Below are positions 37,774 to 51,220 of a DNA stretch of 64,000 nucleotides, in pieces. The DNA lies in the NCBI GenBank assembly GCA_030704615.1, contig CM060732.1, forward strand, positions 39,928,001 to 39,992,000, read 5' to 3'. The notes below the pieces were generated by a model. It was given only the letters and a program-made list of their open reading frames with translations, had not been told where the DNA came from and did not search any database. Made by a program: the position numbers and the translations under genes. How positions within the stretch are numbered: the stretch's first letter is position 1; each line of letters opens with the position of its first letter. This stretch comes from Takakia lepidozioides (lineage: Eukaryota; Plantae; Bryophyta).

Positions 37774-40700
37774 ATGGTAAATACGGCGATGGTCAGTGTG
37801 CTACTGGTGGTTGTTGGGACACTCAAATTGGTGCTTCATGTACACAGGAAACGAAAGATGCAACGCCTGGTGCCCCATGTGACTTTTTGTAGTGAGGGTG
37901 CCCACCTCAAACATGTAGAACGATTCGGCGATTATGTGGGTAGGCCTCCTCCCTCTATTTCTCTGATTTTGTGATAGTAATATATCATCTGGCTGCACTG
38001 TTGGCATCCCAGCACATACTTGTTGTGGCGCATTGTCAGTGGCAATGGTCCCGCGAAGTCAAGACTCCATCGATATCCCAATGCCATGATGGGTAAAGGA
38101 TTGTTAGGTAAGGAAGAAGACACATGAGGTCGCCTCTGACGCAAAAGAGGAAAACAGAGACATGTTTCCTGCTCATGTCTATTTATCATCTACATTGCGT
38201 CTCTACTTGTGTACTGAATTGCGCCACTACATGTCACTGCTCATTGTACAGTGCGGCAGATAGGTCTCTGTCGAGAAACAGCTGCTGCAAAGAATTTGGC
38301 CAAGGTGGCAGAAGACTATCTGCGTGGCGATAAGAGCTCATCTGATCACAGCCGCGAAAATGTCTGCATACTTGTCTCTGCTGCATCCGATCATAAAACC
38401 GATGACGAGCTTGCACATCTACACAATGAGCTTTTATTGGAGCTCGATGCATGCATGGTGGCCTACGTCAGCTTTCATTGGAAGCATGCCTCTGCCCTTG
38501 TGGAGCAGGTGGTCACTCATTAAATTCTCATTTGGGCCTTGACATTCAGTACCTTCTAATAATTACAGCATGTGGAAGACATGGGATATCATGACTGGAC
38601 TATGTCCGTGAACCTGGCTTGACTTCCCGACGGATTGTGGGAATATTTTGCTGCCTCTTCTCAAAGGGTTCACCACCCATCCGGAGAACTCATTGACCTT
38701 TCTCCTAGCCTACATTGATTGATAGATGTCCTCATAAGACTTTGTTTGACGTAGCCTACTGATTGATAGTGTGAGGATGATTGATGTGACACAAGTATTT
38801 TCAATTGTTTGACTGAGTTATGGATTGAATGGTGTAGGTGATCAGCAATGGTGCAAATCAGAAGCAGCTGCGAAGGCTCGTCTTGTTGGCTACCAGGTAT
38901 CTGCATGCACAGGCTAGCTGTCTCTCTACCCAATTTGAGTGCCCACTGCATTCAGAAGTTTTGAATTCCTACCCCAAGCCACACCTTCATGCCCTCACCA
39001 CAGGAGCAGCAGTCGTGGCTAAGAAATTTAACAGGATTTGTAGAGCTTGTCTTTCAATGGGTCAACTCAGTCCTCGGGCACTTTGCTGTGTGTAGAAAGC
39101 AGCGGCTCCAGCGGATTTTTAAACATTTGAAGACAAAGCGCAAATTTGCAACTCTGGTGGAGCAGCTCAAGGCCATTCGTTCCTCTGACTCCTCAGCACC
39201 AAAGGAGGCCCATATTGTTGTGCCTGCAGACTCGTCAGTGCGTAGCCCTGTGTTGCTTCTCATTGGTGGTGGCATGGGGGCTGGCAAGAGCACAGTTGTC
39301 AAAGACATTCTTAAGAGGTTTACTCCTGTGCTCTCAACACGGACAGAATAGTAGGGCATGCGTTTACTTTCCAGGAAATGCTCCCAGGTGCTTGTAATGT
39401 GCTGCAGGGCCCTGCTGGAACTACCCTTTACCCTAAACAAAAACAATTTTTGATGGAAAAGCATCACTTCCATTTGCTACCCTTCACAGTAGCCATGAAA
39501 GTAGGGTGTTACTACGGCACCTTGGGAAAGGTGGATAGGTCTGTATGCTGCTGGTGGAGCTGCGGTGCATTGAGTGCTGATAAAGATCTCAATGTTGCAC
39601 CGTCTTGTTCTGTCGGGCCTGCAGCTCATTTTGGTCAGGAGTGGCACATAAGGCAGTGGTTGTGGAGGCGGATGCATTCAAGGAGACTGATGTCATCTAT
39701 CGTGCACTCTCTGCAATGGATCACGAGGACATGGCAGGGACAGCTGAATTGGTGAGTGATCTGCTTAATAAACCAAATTGGAGAGGTTGAGATTTCTAGG
39801 AACCAGTCTTTACTCCTAAGGATGGGGGCTCTAGTCATCCTGCAAATTCTTAAGGGGGCCCTGCCAGCAATGTCCCCAAAGAACAAGCTCTCCATGCTTT
39901 AGAAATATACCAATGGAAGGACTTCGCCTCCCTGGGCAAGGTCTTGTCAAGGTGGTGAAGTCTAAAGACCGACAATGGACCAACCTGTAACCTCATTAGC
40001 ACAAATCCATGGAGGTCCATTCTCTACTCAGCTTCATATAACCACACCAACAACGGATCGGGGCATGCAGGTGCACCAGTCCTCGATGGATGCAGCGTCC
40101 TCCCTACTGGTGGCAGCATTAAATGAAGGAAGGGATGTTATCTTTGATGGAACCATGTCATGGGAGCCGTTTGTGCTGCAAACCATTGCCATGGCTCGTG
40201 ACATCCACCGCAGGTACTCTTGATATTTTCCTTTCACTTGACAAGGAATCTTTCCTAGCTCCCTCTCGCTCTCATTTCTTTCGACCCCTGCATGGGCAGC
40301 TACCTCTCTCTCTCTCTCTCTCCCTTCTGTCCACAAGGCTACGGCAAACAACGTATTATGAGTACAATCTCTCCCTTCTCTCTCTCCATGCAGGCAGTGG
40401 AGACAGAGCACCATTTCTTTCTCTTGCACAGTTCATCACAAATCAATATACTAAGGTGTACAAGATTATTATGGTAACCCATGAGGAGGGGGATACGATA
40501 AACGGGCCTTCGAGGACGCTAGTGTATGATTCGATTGCCTAGTGTTGGAATGGAACAGGAAATTTGCCAGACTCCTTAAACATTGGTAATCGGACCATTT
40601 CAACACATGTGATCTGCGACAACGTGTTAGACATAGTGGGTTTCAAGACTATATCTTTCAGAGGATTCATTGGGGATTGCACGTTGGCTTACAATATTTG

Positions 40701-42447
40701 TTGTGGTGTATGGAGGGAGGTTCCAATAGAGATGCTTCTGTTTCTTCAGAGAATTGTTTAATTTCGAGTCCTATTCTTTGATCATTCTCTTTGTCCAGTA
40801 CGCCCCTGCATGACAAGTTTTTTCCTTCTACTTCTGCCAGCTCAAAAGTCACCCTTATAGCTTTCAGATCTCACCATACTCACTCCTCAAATTAGTTCCA
40901 GAAGTTGGGTCAGATAATGAAATTTTGCGGTGGCAGAGGAGCCACGTGAGTGTGGGTTATTCTGATTGATTTTACTGGAGTTTGGCAGGCGCTACCGGAT
41001 GGGCCCTGGTTATCGTGAAGGAGAGGTTGAAGAGTATTGGGAGCCTGTGCCCAATGGACAGGATGCAACCAACAACGAGACCAAAGCTTCTGTAATAAGA
41101 CTGAATGGCAACACCTCAAGTGCGTTAAACGGCACAAAGCTCACCGAGGCAGTTTCAGAGGGTGCTCATCATGAGATTGGGGAAAGGAGACCTTATCGCA
41201 TTGAGTTTGTGGGTGTCACCTGTGATGCACACCTAGCCGTGGTTCGGGGTGTGAGGTGACTAGCAAACTCTACTTGCCTCTTTTTGGAGTGCTTCATATC
41301 TGGCAAATATCTGTACTTTAACCACCCATCCCACCCCTCCCTCTGTGTATCTTGCTGCCAGAAACTTGGGTCATGTTTTGACTAGCTTTTGAGAGTCTGC
41401 TATATCGTCCATTTCCTCTTGAAATTCAAGTAACTATGTGGAGAATGTATGATGTTCCTTCATTGATTGAAACTGCCCTGGTGTTTCAAACCTTCGTCTG
41501 ATTCGCTGTGGCTGGCAGGAGGGCAATATTGACCAGGAGGGGAGTGCCAGTTCCAGGGCAACTACGGTCACATAAGCTGTTTGCCAAGTCTTTGGACAAC
41601 TACATTGAGAGGGTGGACCATGTTAAGCTCTACTGCACCAGCCAAATGTATGGCCCTGCTGAGGTATGTGAATCCCAGTGCCAAGTTGAAGGACCTACAC
41701 AAAGTTCATTAGTGAGGAGTTGAAATGAAGCTACAGTAAATCCGGTATGGGGCAGGGCTAAATCAATCACAATTTCCTTTTGCAATCTTTACTCTCAACC
41801 CCAACATTACCTAGCCCTGGATCAAAGCTTGATAGTCAGGAATACAGTCATTGCAGCTATTGTGATGAACATGAGGTGGTTCCATGTATTGGAGAAGGTA
41901 GGTGAAGGAGAAGAGGTGGGTCAGAGGTGTTTCAGGGTGTTGGTTGGGGGTGGTGTGTTTGAGGATATCCTCTGAGTTTGATGGACTTTAGTAGGACTTT
42001 TGTCGTACAGTTTAAAAGGAATTGCCGATGCCTGCTTATTTGTGTATTTCATGCATACAGTTGATAGGGGTGAAAGAGGGACCGGACAAGAAACTGCTTG
42101 TTGACATTGACACAATGGAGGGTGTGCGCCACCTGGCGAAACTCAATACTGAAGCAGGGTCAGTGCTGGAACTCTATGGCGAAACACTCAGCACTGGCTT
42201 CTCCAACCACACATGGCACAATCTAGTACTTGCAGTGGAGCGAGAAAAGCGTCAGGCCCTTCTACGTGCCGCACTTGATACCCATGCCAGTGATGCACTG
42301 CTGCAGGAGATGAGTGACAGTGACACCAGCTTGCAAGGTGAGGAGTCTGTTGATGCTTACTCCCCAAGTTCTTCCTCCCTGAGTTTCTCTCGACTGCTGA
42401 AATCAGATGGCGGTGAATCGAGTGAGGAGTACCTGGGTTTATCCTAG
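37774..42447 (+). CDS. NADKc: Calmodulin/Ca2+-dependent NAD kinase-like protein (zeta-toxin P-loop family); ~9 exons approx. 37774-37939, 38252-38508, 38838-38896, 39096-39317, 39625-39751, 40071-40212, 40989-41255, 41518-41663, 42061-42447
   Basis: N-terminal hydrophobic anchor, then VERFGDYV|VRQIG, PVLLLIGGGMGAGKSTV (P-loop), VVVEADAFKETDVIYRAL, VHQSSMDAASSLLVAALNEGRDVIFDGTMSW, RYRMGPGY, PYRIEFVGVTCDAHLAVVRG and QLRSHKLFA. Confidence 0.9.
38005..38110 (-). mobile_element. Ty3/gypsy integrase fragment in NADK intron 1
   Basis: NPLPIMALGYRWSLDFAGPLPLTMRHNKYVL corresponds to the start of the rve core. Confidence 0.75.
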
Positions 42448-43968
42448 GTCTTTCTGTAACGTGTGTATAATGTGTGTCCCCTTTGAGATTGTCCTGCCTG
42501 ACCAGCATCACCTGGCATGAGATTGCACATGAGGTGATTTGGACATGAGTTTTGGAATGCCTTTGGTTGTGTTGATGTAGGGACTGCAAGTAAAAAGCAT
42601 GCTCAATATCTTCATCACCATTCTATAGAGGATGCTGATAGCTTCTGGGTAACATTCAAATTGATTTGCCAGCACAGATCACCATCCATATTATTTCACA
42701 TTATTGCCTACAAATGTAGGCTTTGTACCATAGTAGGTGATAGCAGGAGTCAGAGGCTTTTAACTGCCATACAAGTGAATGTGAATGCTCAGATGTGAAT
42801 GTCCATATTATTCAACCACCCCCTGTTCATTTTTGCAACTGCTATTATCATACCAAAACACAGTAGTTGAGCAAACATGATGAGCTCCTTGCAAGCGTGA
42901 CATATACATGTAAAAGAATGAATACTGGTTTCCACTAGTACGCAATTTTTGAGCTGCTATGGTTGTTTCAGTGAAACTTCTTTTTTCTTTTCTACTTTTG
43001 GTTAGCAAGGTAACTCAAGCAACCTTGAGGGGGAAAATAAACCCCGTTCGAGCCATGAAGCATACAGTATTAGAGCCCCAGACCCACAGGCCAATGCAGA
43101 GGATGCCATACCACCTGGCCATAGCCCTATTGTGCAAACTGCAAACCTTTCATCATGAGTTTGTCCAAAACTTGTACCAGTTAAACCTTTCAGGCAATTT
43201 ACTGATGTCTGCAGATACACACATCTGAGTGAAAACAACCATCATTTGTTTGACGACTTCCAAACCTTTCAACTTCAGGTATGGTTTTGCAGCACAGGAG
43301 TTGAAAATGTTATGACTGCAGAAATGTATTACAGCGAAACAAGGACGTACAAAGAAGAGAAAGAAGGAAATCTGCAATGGGGTCAAGCAAAAAAAGAACA
43401 AGGTAAGTAGGAAGACTACAAGGCAAGAGAAGTTGGCCGTAGCGCTGTTGGACTGTACCCAATACTAAACCGTAGAACTGTACACCTAGCTGCTGCAGTG
43501 AGTATCCCTTCCAACCACATGGAGAAAATCCACCAGAAAACAGCACTTCCATACTGAGAAGAAATGTATCTAGTGGAATATAGCAGCAATTGTATATTTT
43601 AAAAGGAAGGGGACAGAGGCCCTTTTAATCAAATTAACAGAGGCAAGGAAACAACAACCCTGCACAAGGCCATGTTGTGCGTACCCCTAAATACCAGAGA
43701 CCCAACAGTTTGCTTCGTTTCAAGGAAGCTTGCACCCGCCGAAAGGAAAGCACATTGTGGGTGGAGACTTCTTGGTGGAGACTTCTTTGAGATTGTCCTC
43801 GAGCCATTTCATGTGGCTTATATTTCCTATCATGAAGTTAGAAGGCAAGAATCCTCTGACCGATCTGCTCATTACCAGGATTTAGCAAAAATTGTGAAGA
43901 AGAATCTGGCTGAACGAGGGTGAGGTTGTTGGAGAAAGCCCAGGCACGAAGTCTTCGAATTTTAAAAC

Positions 43969-44821
43969 TCAGTCTCGCCAGCGGTGTCCACAGTTGGGGT
44001 TGCAGCACACAAAAAAGAGCGTCATGCCCTCCTCTCCTCGTGCAGTCGCCTGCACATGAGTGAAACCCGTTTGAATATTAGTAGTGTTCCCTTTGATGTC
44101 TACTAGTAGCTGGCTGTATGGAGAGGAAATAGATACTTCCGGGGTCAATGATACATATAGAACATATCTGGGCACCGAGAACGTTGATAGAGCTCAAACA
44201 ATAGTGAGAACTTCACACACCGTAGTTGTTCTCAGCGCAAACAGGAAAGACAAAGTGGAGGAAGATACCTGGAAAAAGACAGCTTCGCCATGTTGACAAT
44301 TTGCACAGCGGACGCTCTTGGTGCGAGGGAGGGTCGGGTCAGAGGCAACGTCCTGGAGCACCTGTGTGCGCTCGTCGGCACTGTGGTAGACCTCATTGCG
44401 ATACACGCAGTTGTTGTCTGCCACCTCCTGCCTCAAATCAAACCAACTTGTGAGTAGATAGCTGCAGAATTCCGGTTAGCGGGAATAACGCTACCCTAAA
44501 CTGTTGAATGCTAGGTACAAACCCGACCTCTTCTAAGATTCCGAGACCTTCTATGAACCACCGTGCAGAAGCTTGCTCGTCCCCAAAAAATCCCCAGCGA
44601 CATACCTGATGGTCACAATTGCGGCAAGCATAGAGTAAAATCTTTTGTTCTCTGTCTTCCCTTGGATACAGTATGTTGTTGCTGCGCACGCACATCACTG
44701 TCGTGAGAACCCATTCCCACAAAAAACACCCGCCAACGAAAGAGAGACAGAATCCACGTTAAATATCAAAACAATTGAGCTAGAGAGACAACCATTCTCG
44801 GCAGAACTTCATGGTACTCAT
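43969..44821 (-). CDS. RPB9: RNA polymerase II/IV/V subunit RPB9; exons 44821-44793, 44681-44606, 44427-44269, 44049-43969
   Basis: [48 protein letters not shown]...[50 protein letters not shown]; two zinc ribbons. Confidence 0.97.
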
Positions 44822-45127
44822 TTTGGCTGCCTTGCAAGATAAACCTCAGCGCAATCCTCAGCACTTGGTTATCAATAATTCCTCCCTCTCTCTCACTCTC
44901 TCCTCCTCTGCGCAGATTTCAGTCGGGGAAGAGACAAGGCATCTTTACTGGCTCTTAAACCCTCTTCTTTCCCTCTTCAGAGACGTTACGAAGCATCTTG
45001 GATGATGAGCATAAGCATTCGTCGAGCATCATTTAAGATATAAACCAAAATAGATAATTATTTAAAAAAAATAAAAAGGCGTTGGCCAATTCATTAATTT
45101 TTGGGGAAAAATTAACCCCATTGATGC

Positions 45128-45414
45128 CGTTAAAAGCAGGTGTGGCAGATTCTGCCACTTTTTCGGCCTAATTTTCAGGCCGAATCGGCCACCCAGGACA
45201 GAATCGGCAGGGATGGCTGACTTTGCACAGAGCACTGCAGACCGAGGTCCATGTCGTCCATGTTGTCTGCCATCAGCCCACGCACCTTCACCTGAGGCTT
45301 GCCCCGTTTATATCCTCTCCAGGGCTCTGAATCTGGGCAATCGATATGGGATAATCGAACCGCAATCATATTGCGCCACGTAGCGGCGAGAATCCGCCAC
45401 ACCTGCTTTTAACG
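45128..45414. mobile_element. MITE-like inverted-repeat element upstream of RPB9
   Basis: 26-bp inverted repeat CGTTAAAAGCAGGTGTGGC(A/G)GATTCT at 45128-45153 and 45389-45414, with one mismatch. Confidence 0.65.
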
Positions 45415-45740
45415 CCAATGAAAGGCCGTGTTTGGCCGACTCTGCCCTGTGCGCGGCCATAGGGCTCGCCCAAAGGCTGCTTACAGGCAGAATCGGCCAA
45501 ACACGGCCCCTTCTCTAGTACATAAGGCATGATACACATCCACGGGATGAGGGACGAGCCCGAGACATAATCAAGAGAGACTGCCGAACCGGCCATGACC
45601 AGGACCAAAAAGGTCCAGGGATGAGAGGACGGTTGACCATAGTCGGCCATACCCCATGCAGTTCAATGATGCATAAATGGAGAAAATTAAGTGTTGTGTT
45701 GTACCCCTACGAAGAAGGATCAAAATTTGTAACTGCCTGC

Positions 45741-46988
45741 CTAGTAAGGACTTTGACGAGCATTCTGGAGAGCCCGGGAAGATAGACGATGTGATCGGTG
45801 ATCGAAGTTGAGCTTCAGCGAACTCTTGCCCTTTATGTGTCTCCAGTTGATGTTGCAGTTGAAGTCTGGCGATTCAGGGCAATGGCGAGTTGCAATTTCT
45901 CCATTCTTGAGGGATGGAACTCCAAATGCAGGTTGTTGGCAAAGGGCTTGTGCATACAATTCCATGCATTGCCCATGAGGTGATGAAGTCGTGGTGGAGC
46001 TGATATTGAGCTTGCGGATGCTTGATGATGTCTGCAGAAAGTTTGGCCCAGGCCTTCCGAGCTTCAGTTTGGATGTCAAAGAAGATCATAGCTAGAATGA
46101 ATGAGACAGTGGATTTTGAATTTCCCAGGGTCCATGCGCATCTGGATTTCCAGATGTGCCAGAGCCCGACAGCCCTGATCGAAAAACTGGGCATTGGGAT
46201 AAAGGTTGCTTGGTGATGGGATCGTAATTCAGTAGCAGGTTTATTGGAGTTAAAGAGGCTTGGTCATGCCAGTGCCCGAGCATCCAGTGAATTTTGGGCC
46301 AGATTTTTGAAGGTATGTTGCATTGCAGTAGGCAGTGTTCCAGGGATTCTGAAACCCCAAGCGAGCAGCATGTACAAAGCAGTGCACGGGTAAATTGAAG
46401 CCAACGCCCTACCTTTAAAATTCTATTTGCGATCTGCCAGAGAAAGGCAGCCAGCTTTGCAGGTCTGGTTTTGACCCATATGCCTTTCCAGATTATTTGC
46501 CATCGCTCGTTTCGAAATCCATAGGCTCTCCATTTGTTGTCCCATTTGGAGAAGGGTATGGAGCTAGTGTTGAGGCACTTGTACCCTTTTTTGGCAGTGT
46601 ATTGAAAAAAGGATGGTTTTCCATCAAGATCCCATGTCCATTCTTGAGGGTCCAACTGAAGTTGCATGATAAGTTTGCCCCCAATCCATACAAATGTATT
46701 TGCCTTAATCCAAGCAATCAAGGCGGACCCCGGAGGCTTAGCGGGGTTCATGAGCTTTTCACTGGTTGACCATTGGCATACTCTGACAAGGGAGAAGTTC
46801 CCCCCTTTGATGTTGACTGGGTGTGCTTGAATGAGGTGCAGGATGTTTGATTGAGGGCAGCAGTGCATAGCGAGGCCAGTGATTTGAATGCTGCTGAAAT
46901 CTGTCATGTAAATGACCTGATTAGGTCTGGCTGAGCATGTGACCCAAGTGTCGGGCAATGGAGGCAACGCCCCTGCTGGAGGATGCAT
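45741..46988 (-). mobile_element. LINE ORF2 C-terminal fragment (zf-RVT), 5'-truncated and frameshifted
   Basis: WKGIWVKTRPAKLAAFLWQIANRIL...CTCC...ESLEHCLLQC, then in a shifted frame LWHIWKSRC. Confidence 0.85.
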
Positions 46989-47383
46989 ATAATAAAATTT
47001 CTAAAACAAATACCTATCTAAAAAAAAGAAAAAAGAAAATCTTTGTAGAAGATAGTGCCATAGTGGAAAACGTTATGGGATAAATGGTTGGTGCTATTAG
47101 TTGATGGTACAAAAAGGCATCCCAGGGAGGTAAGAGCATCTGAGCCGCAACGAATCAGAGGCACCAATGGTATGGCAGCGGGCTCTCTTTGTCTCTCCTG
47201 CGTGTCTGTGTGTTCTCTTACGTGTCTGCGTTTGTGCCACACGCACGCTCTTGTTGCTTGGATGCGCAAAAGCAATCTTTGTATTGTATTGTATCTGAAT
47301 TGCAGGGAGTAGGGAACTGTCTGTTTGTTATAGAGTTTATTTGTCCGGAGGACAGAGACGCAGGGAAGGTGTAGAGGGATTTA

Positions 47384-49074
47384 ATGGCTGAACTGAGGTG
47401 TGCTGTTAGCATGGGAGGAGTATCAACCCTGGCAAGCTTGCAATCGCTGCGGGGCACGGCCATTGAATCTCGTCCAAATAGCAGGCCTGTCAGTGCCGGA
47501 CCACTGTGGAAGGCGTTGAGAGCAGCGACGCAGTCGACCGGGGGTGGCACTCAGTATATTGGTGGCAAGAAGGCATGTTGCTTAATCGCCTTTCCCTGAA
47601 TTTCACCAACATTTTGGTCAAATCCTGCACTCGCCATTATTATTGTTCGAATGGGAAGAGAGAGCTCCGACATTTGCAATATTGTAATGTTTACACCATG
47701 GAGTGATGTATTAAGAGTAAGAAAGAAGGGAAGGTATCAATCTGGTAAAGGGAGCGTCAGTAATCCTCTGTTCAAGTTAATGAAGCGCACTGGTTTCGAA
47801 GCGATTTCAGTTGAAAACAGCTTCATGAAATTATGATTAGCAGTGCACGCATGTTGAGAATTGTCGTACTGTTACGGAAGAGAGAAACTGCCCATGGACG
47901 CTGTGCTTTGGTCGCTATCGCTGGACAGGAGCTTTAGATTCACTCTTAGAAGCCTAAGATACCTAAATCAAGCAACAAGCACAATCCGACAGTAGACTTT
48001 TTGAGAGAGAGCTTCCAGGTCTTAGCGTGTTGTCACTACTAAAGCAATTTACTATAGGCTGGTGCTGCGATTCGTCTGATATCTTAACAGCCTGGCCACA
48101 TCTGTACAACTTTTTCCAAACCTGCTGAAGATTTTGTGCACAAATCCTAACCTATGTTGGTGTATGGATGTTGGCTATGTGGTCTGTGGGTTCAGCAAGC
48201 AAACTCTCTGATAGTCCAGCAATGTGATGGAGTGGTCACCTGTCTGAAAACTAATTTTTCGTCTTATGTGGTTTGAATTCCAAGCTATATTCCCTTCAAT
48301 GTGTGCCTAAAGCCATGCTCCCAGAAGGTCAATCTGTATTCAATCAACCAGGTAACCCATTAGGGCTCTTCAAACAGGCGAAAGTTTTACCCTGACACTC
48401 TGGAGCCATCAGAGTGACATTTACTGCTCATAAGAGCTAGATAGATATTATGTCTGGCCAACAGGAGGTCTTCGGATTAACTTCAAGGATTTTCAGTGCT
48501 TTTAAGCTGCCAATCTTCGGTGCTTTTAACAGCAATATAAAATGCTGGATCAGAGCCCTGATGGCAGGTGGTTCTTATGACGTTGGTAAACATGCCTGGA
48601 GCTATTCACCTACTAATCTTTCTTTTTCTTTGGGTGTGATTGCAGGTAAAGGTGCTTCCAGTGGGTGACAAATCTGCCAAAATCCGCGACAAAGTATCAG
48701 GAGAGCCACAATCCATAAAACTGCTGGCACGAGTGGAACAGTTGAAATTACTCTCAAAGGCTGAGAAAGCAGGCCTCCTCTCTGCTGCAGAGAGTCTCGG
48801 TCTCTCTCTTTCCTCGATTGAGAAGTTAGGTCTTCTGTCAAAAGCCGAGTCCTTCGGAGTGCTCTCAGCTGCGACCGATCCCAAGACATCTGGAGCCCTC
48901 TTGACTCTTGCCCTGATTCTATTGATTGCAGGACCCCTGTTTGTGTATCTCATTCCAGAAGATTCAAGCCCCCTAGTAGTGCTACAAGTGGTTGTTGCTG
49001 CCATCACTGTACTCGGAGGATCAGCTGCATTTGCTGCTTCAAATTTTGTATCAGCTTTACAGAAGTCAGAGTAG
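47384..49074 (+). CDS. RIQ1: DUF1118 thylakoid membrane protein, RIQ1-like; exons 47384-47572 and 48646-49074
   Basis: [26 protein letters not shown]...[19 protein letters not shown], two TM helices, and [19 protein letters not shown]. Exon 1 resembles a plastid transit peptide. Confidence 0.85.
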
Positions 49075-49892
49075 CATAACACTGGACAGTGGGAGGAGCC
49101 GATTTGCTTTGGATTTAAGCATAACCAATTCTTTCAAAAGGCATGTGCTTTTTGCTTGTTTGAGCTGAAACCTCTTTCTTTGAAGCCTGGAAGGTCTACA
49201 CAAGTACAGTGTGTAATCTTTACTTCCACAGTAGCTAATCTTGAATGGCATGTTCATAACTTGGATATTGCAGGTTTTTACAGATATGCACTGAAACCTT
49301 CTCTGTGTGTTGTGCTGAATCATTTTGATCATTACGCAGATGACGATTATTGATGTCCACAGGAAGAGTATATTTCATGAATGGAGAATATCTTACTGGT
49401 CACCAACACTGCAATGCACACGCAAATTGAAGCCTTCGTAATTGACTACCTATGTTGTGTCCTCACTTGATGATGTATTACATCAAATTGGTAAGACTAG
49501 ATGGTGTCCCAAAACCTTACATTCTCGCATTGCTGTAGACTCACATAGACCTGAATGTACTAAGAATAATGTATATTCCAAACTGCTGTAATCTGCCAAT
49601 GCTTCCCTGTAGCATCTCGCAAAATGGGTTCAAATCTCAGACTTTCATAACATGTACTAATTACTACCAGCAGCTCGCATTCCCTTCATATAACGAGAGA
49701 TGAAAACGTACCCTGGGACGCATTATGAACCGTTATCTGCACTTAGGGCGGATTACGTCCGTTATGTGCAGACTAACGTGGACATGGGAATATAGTGAAT
49801 ATTGGTGTGTTAAATGTCGTAATGAACAACATGTATCCCTCACTGTCATTTTTATCTTCTTCCCGCTCGGTCTTTCATCTTCTTCCAGAGGG

Positions 49893-51020
49893 ATGGGAGC
49901 GTCCTCCAGCGCTCTCGAGCGCGCACTGGGAGAGGCCATACCGGAGGCCCTCTCGTCTCCTCGCTACGAATGGGCGGGTGCTCTCAAATCATGCAGCAGA
50001 TCAGTGAACCCCGCTATGGAGCTAAACTGGGTATCCGCCTTGGCAATGGGTGGCCCGAAATCCTTGTCAGTGATTACACTGACGCCTCCTCAGCCTCCAG
50101 GTAATAAAAATGAGTCTCGTCATGCATTTGTTTGGGTTGTAAGGAATGGAATGTGATGTAATGACTCATAATAAACATCATGCTACGAGACGGACTGTCG
50201 ATTCCAGCAGTGCTCTTCTAGCCCCAAAATTTGTTTGGGTTACTGGGAATTGTTGCTGTAATTACACTATCTCTCACCCTGTCCTTCAGGAAGGGCAAGA
50301 ACATATACACACGGAGAGAGACTGACAGAGAGAGGGTTGATTTTAGAGGAAACATACACTATGATCCCTATGCCAATTCGGAGCTGCTAAAATTCTGTGT
50401 TGGTGGTGTTTGCATGCAAGCGAAGAAGTAAGCATAGAACGGCTGCGGCAGGAGTTGATGGCAAATTCTCCGCAGTGGTGGGACACCAGGTCTGATAAGT
50501 TGAGGGTATGTCTACTGGTGCTCATTCGTTTTAATTTGTTTGGCTAAAAAGGACATTTCAAGTGATGCTTGTATGAAAATGTATTTTGTAGACTGCACCA
50601 TTTCAACTGTTTTGATGATGACGAGAGTTTGACTATCACACCTGACATAGTGGTTCCTATCGTTGGATGAGTTAATCTATAGTAGCATTGAATTCAACTG
50701 TTTCAAAGTGGCGGCCGCTTTATTGAATATGCTTCTGAGTTTGGTGGTTTTACCTTGCTCTATCTGAGGCTATGGTTAAAAGCTAGCACTGCTCAGCTGC
50801 CTATCCCTTATTTTTACAGAGTAGTCCAAGATCCCCAAATGTCAGACATACGCACACAAAGGAGTTCCTGTGGTCAAACTATCCAGGGATGAAAGAAGAC
50901 CTAGTTGTCATGACACAAGGTCAAGCACAATCTTCTGTTCGTTCTAACATTGTCAAGGTACACAATGGAGCTCCAGGCAGACAATACAAATGGTATTGTT
51001 TTGATGATGATTGAAGGGTT
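49893..51020 (+). pseudogene. Possible decayed UBP3/UBP4-like deubiquitinase remnants
   Basis: MGASSSALERALGEAIPE at 49893 resembles the UBP3/4 N-terminus MGAAGSKLEKALGDQFPE (from recall). CFDDD motifs at ~50608 and ~50997 resemble the USP W-x-x-FDD motif. No Cys box is present. Confidence 0.35.
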
Positions 51021-51220
51021 CCAGTCAAACTGATAGAATAGTCACATTTTACTGGTCAAGTAGAACACTGCAGCCATCTTATAACCCTGTTAATATGTAG
51101 CAAGAAGACTGTCTGTCCTCGTTAAGAGATCTTTCATTAAAGCATTTAGGAACTCAAAGATAAATTATGTAAGTGTGAGTGTAAAGGATTGTAGTAACTA
51201 ACAGTTTTGAGTCAGGCAGG

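Noticed and set aside
37774-42447. Zeta-toxin domain as a toxin-antitoxin system or recent horizontal transfer
   Set aside because: It is an intron-rich member of the conserved plant NADKc family, and no antitoxin gene is present.
50590-51040. ATGATGA...CTGA pairs as C/D-box snoRNAs
   Set aside because: No terminal stems or recognisable rRNA guides. The TGATGA strings are better explained as Asp codons of CFDDD motifs.
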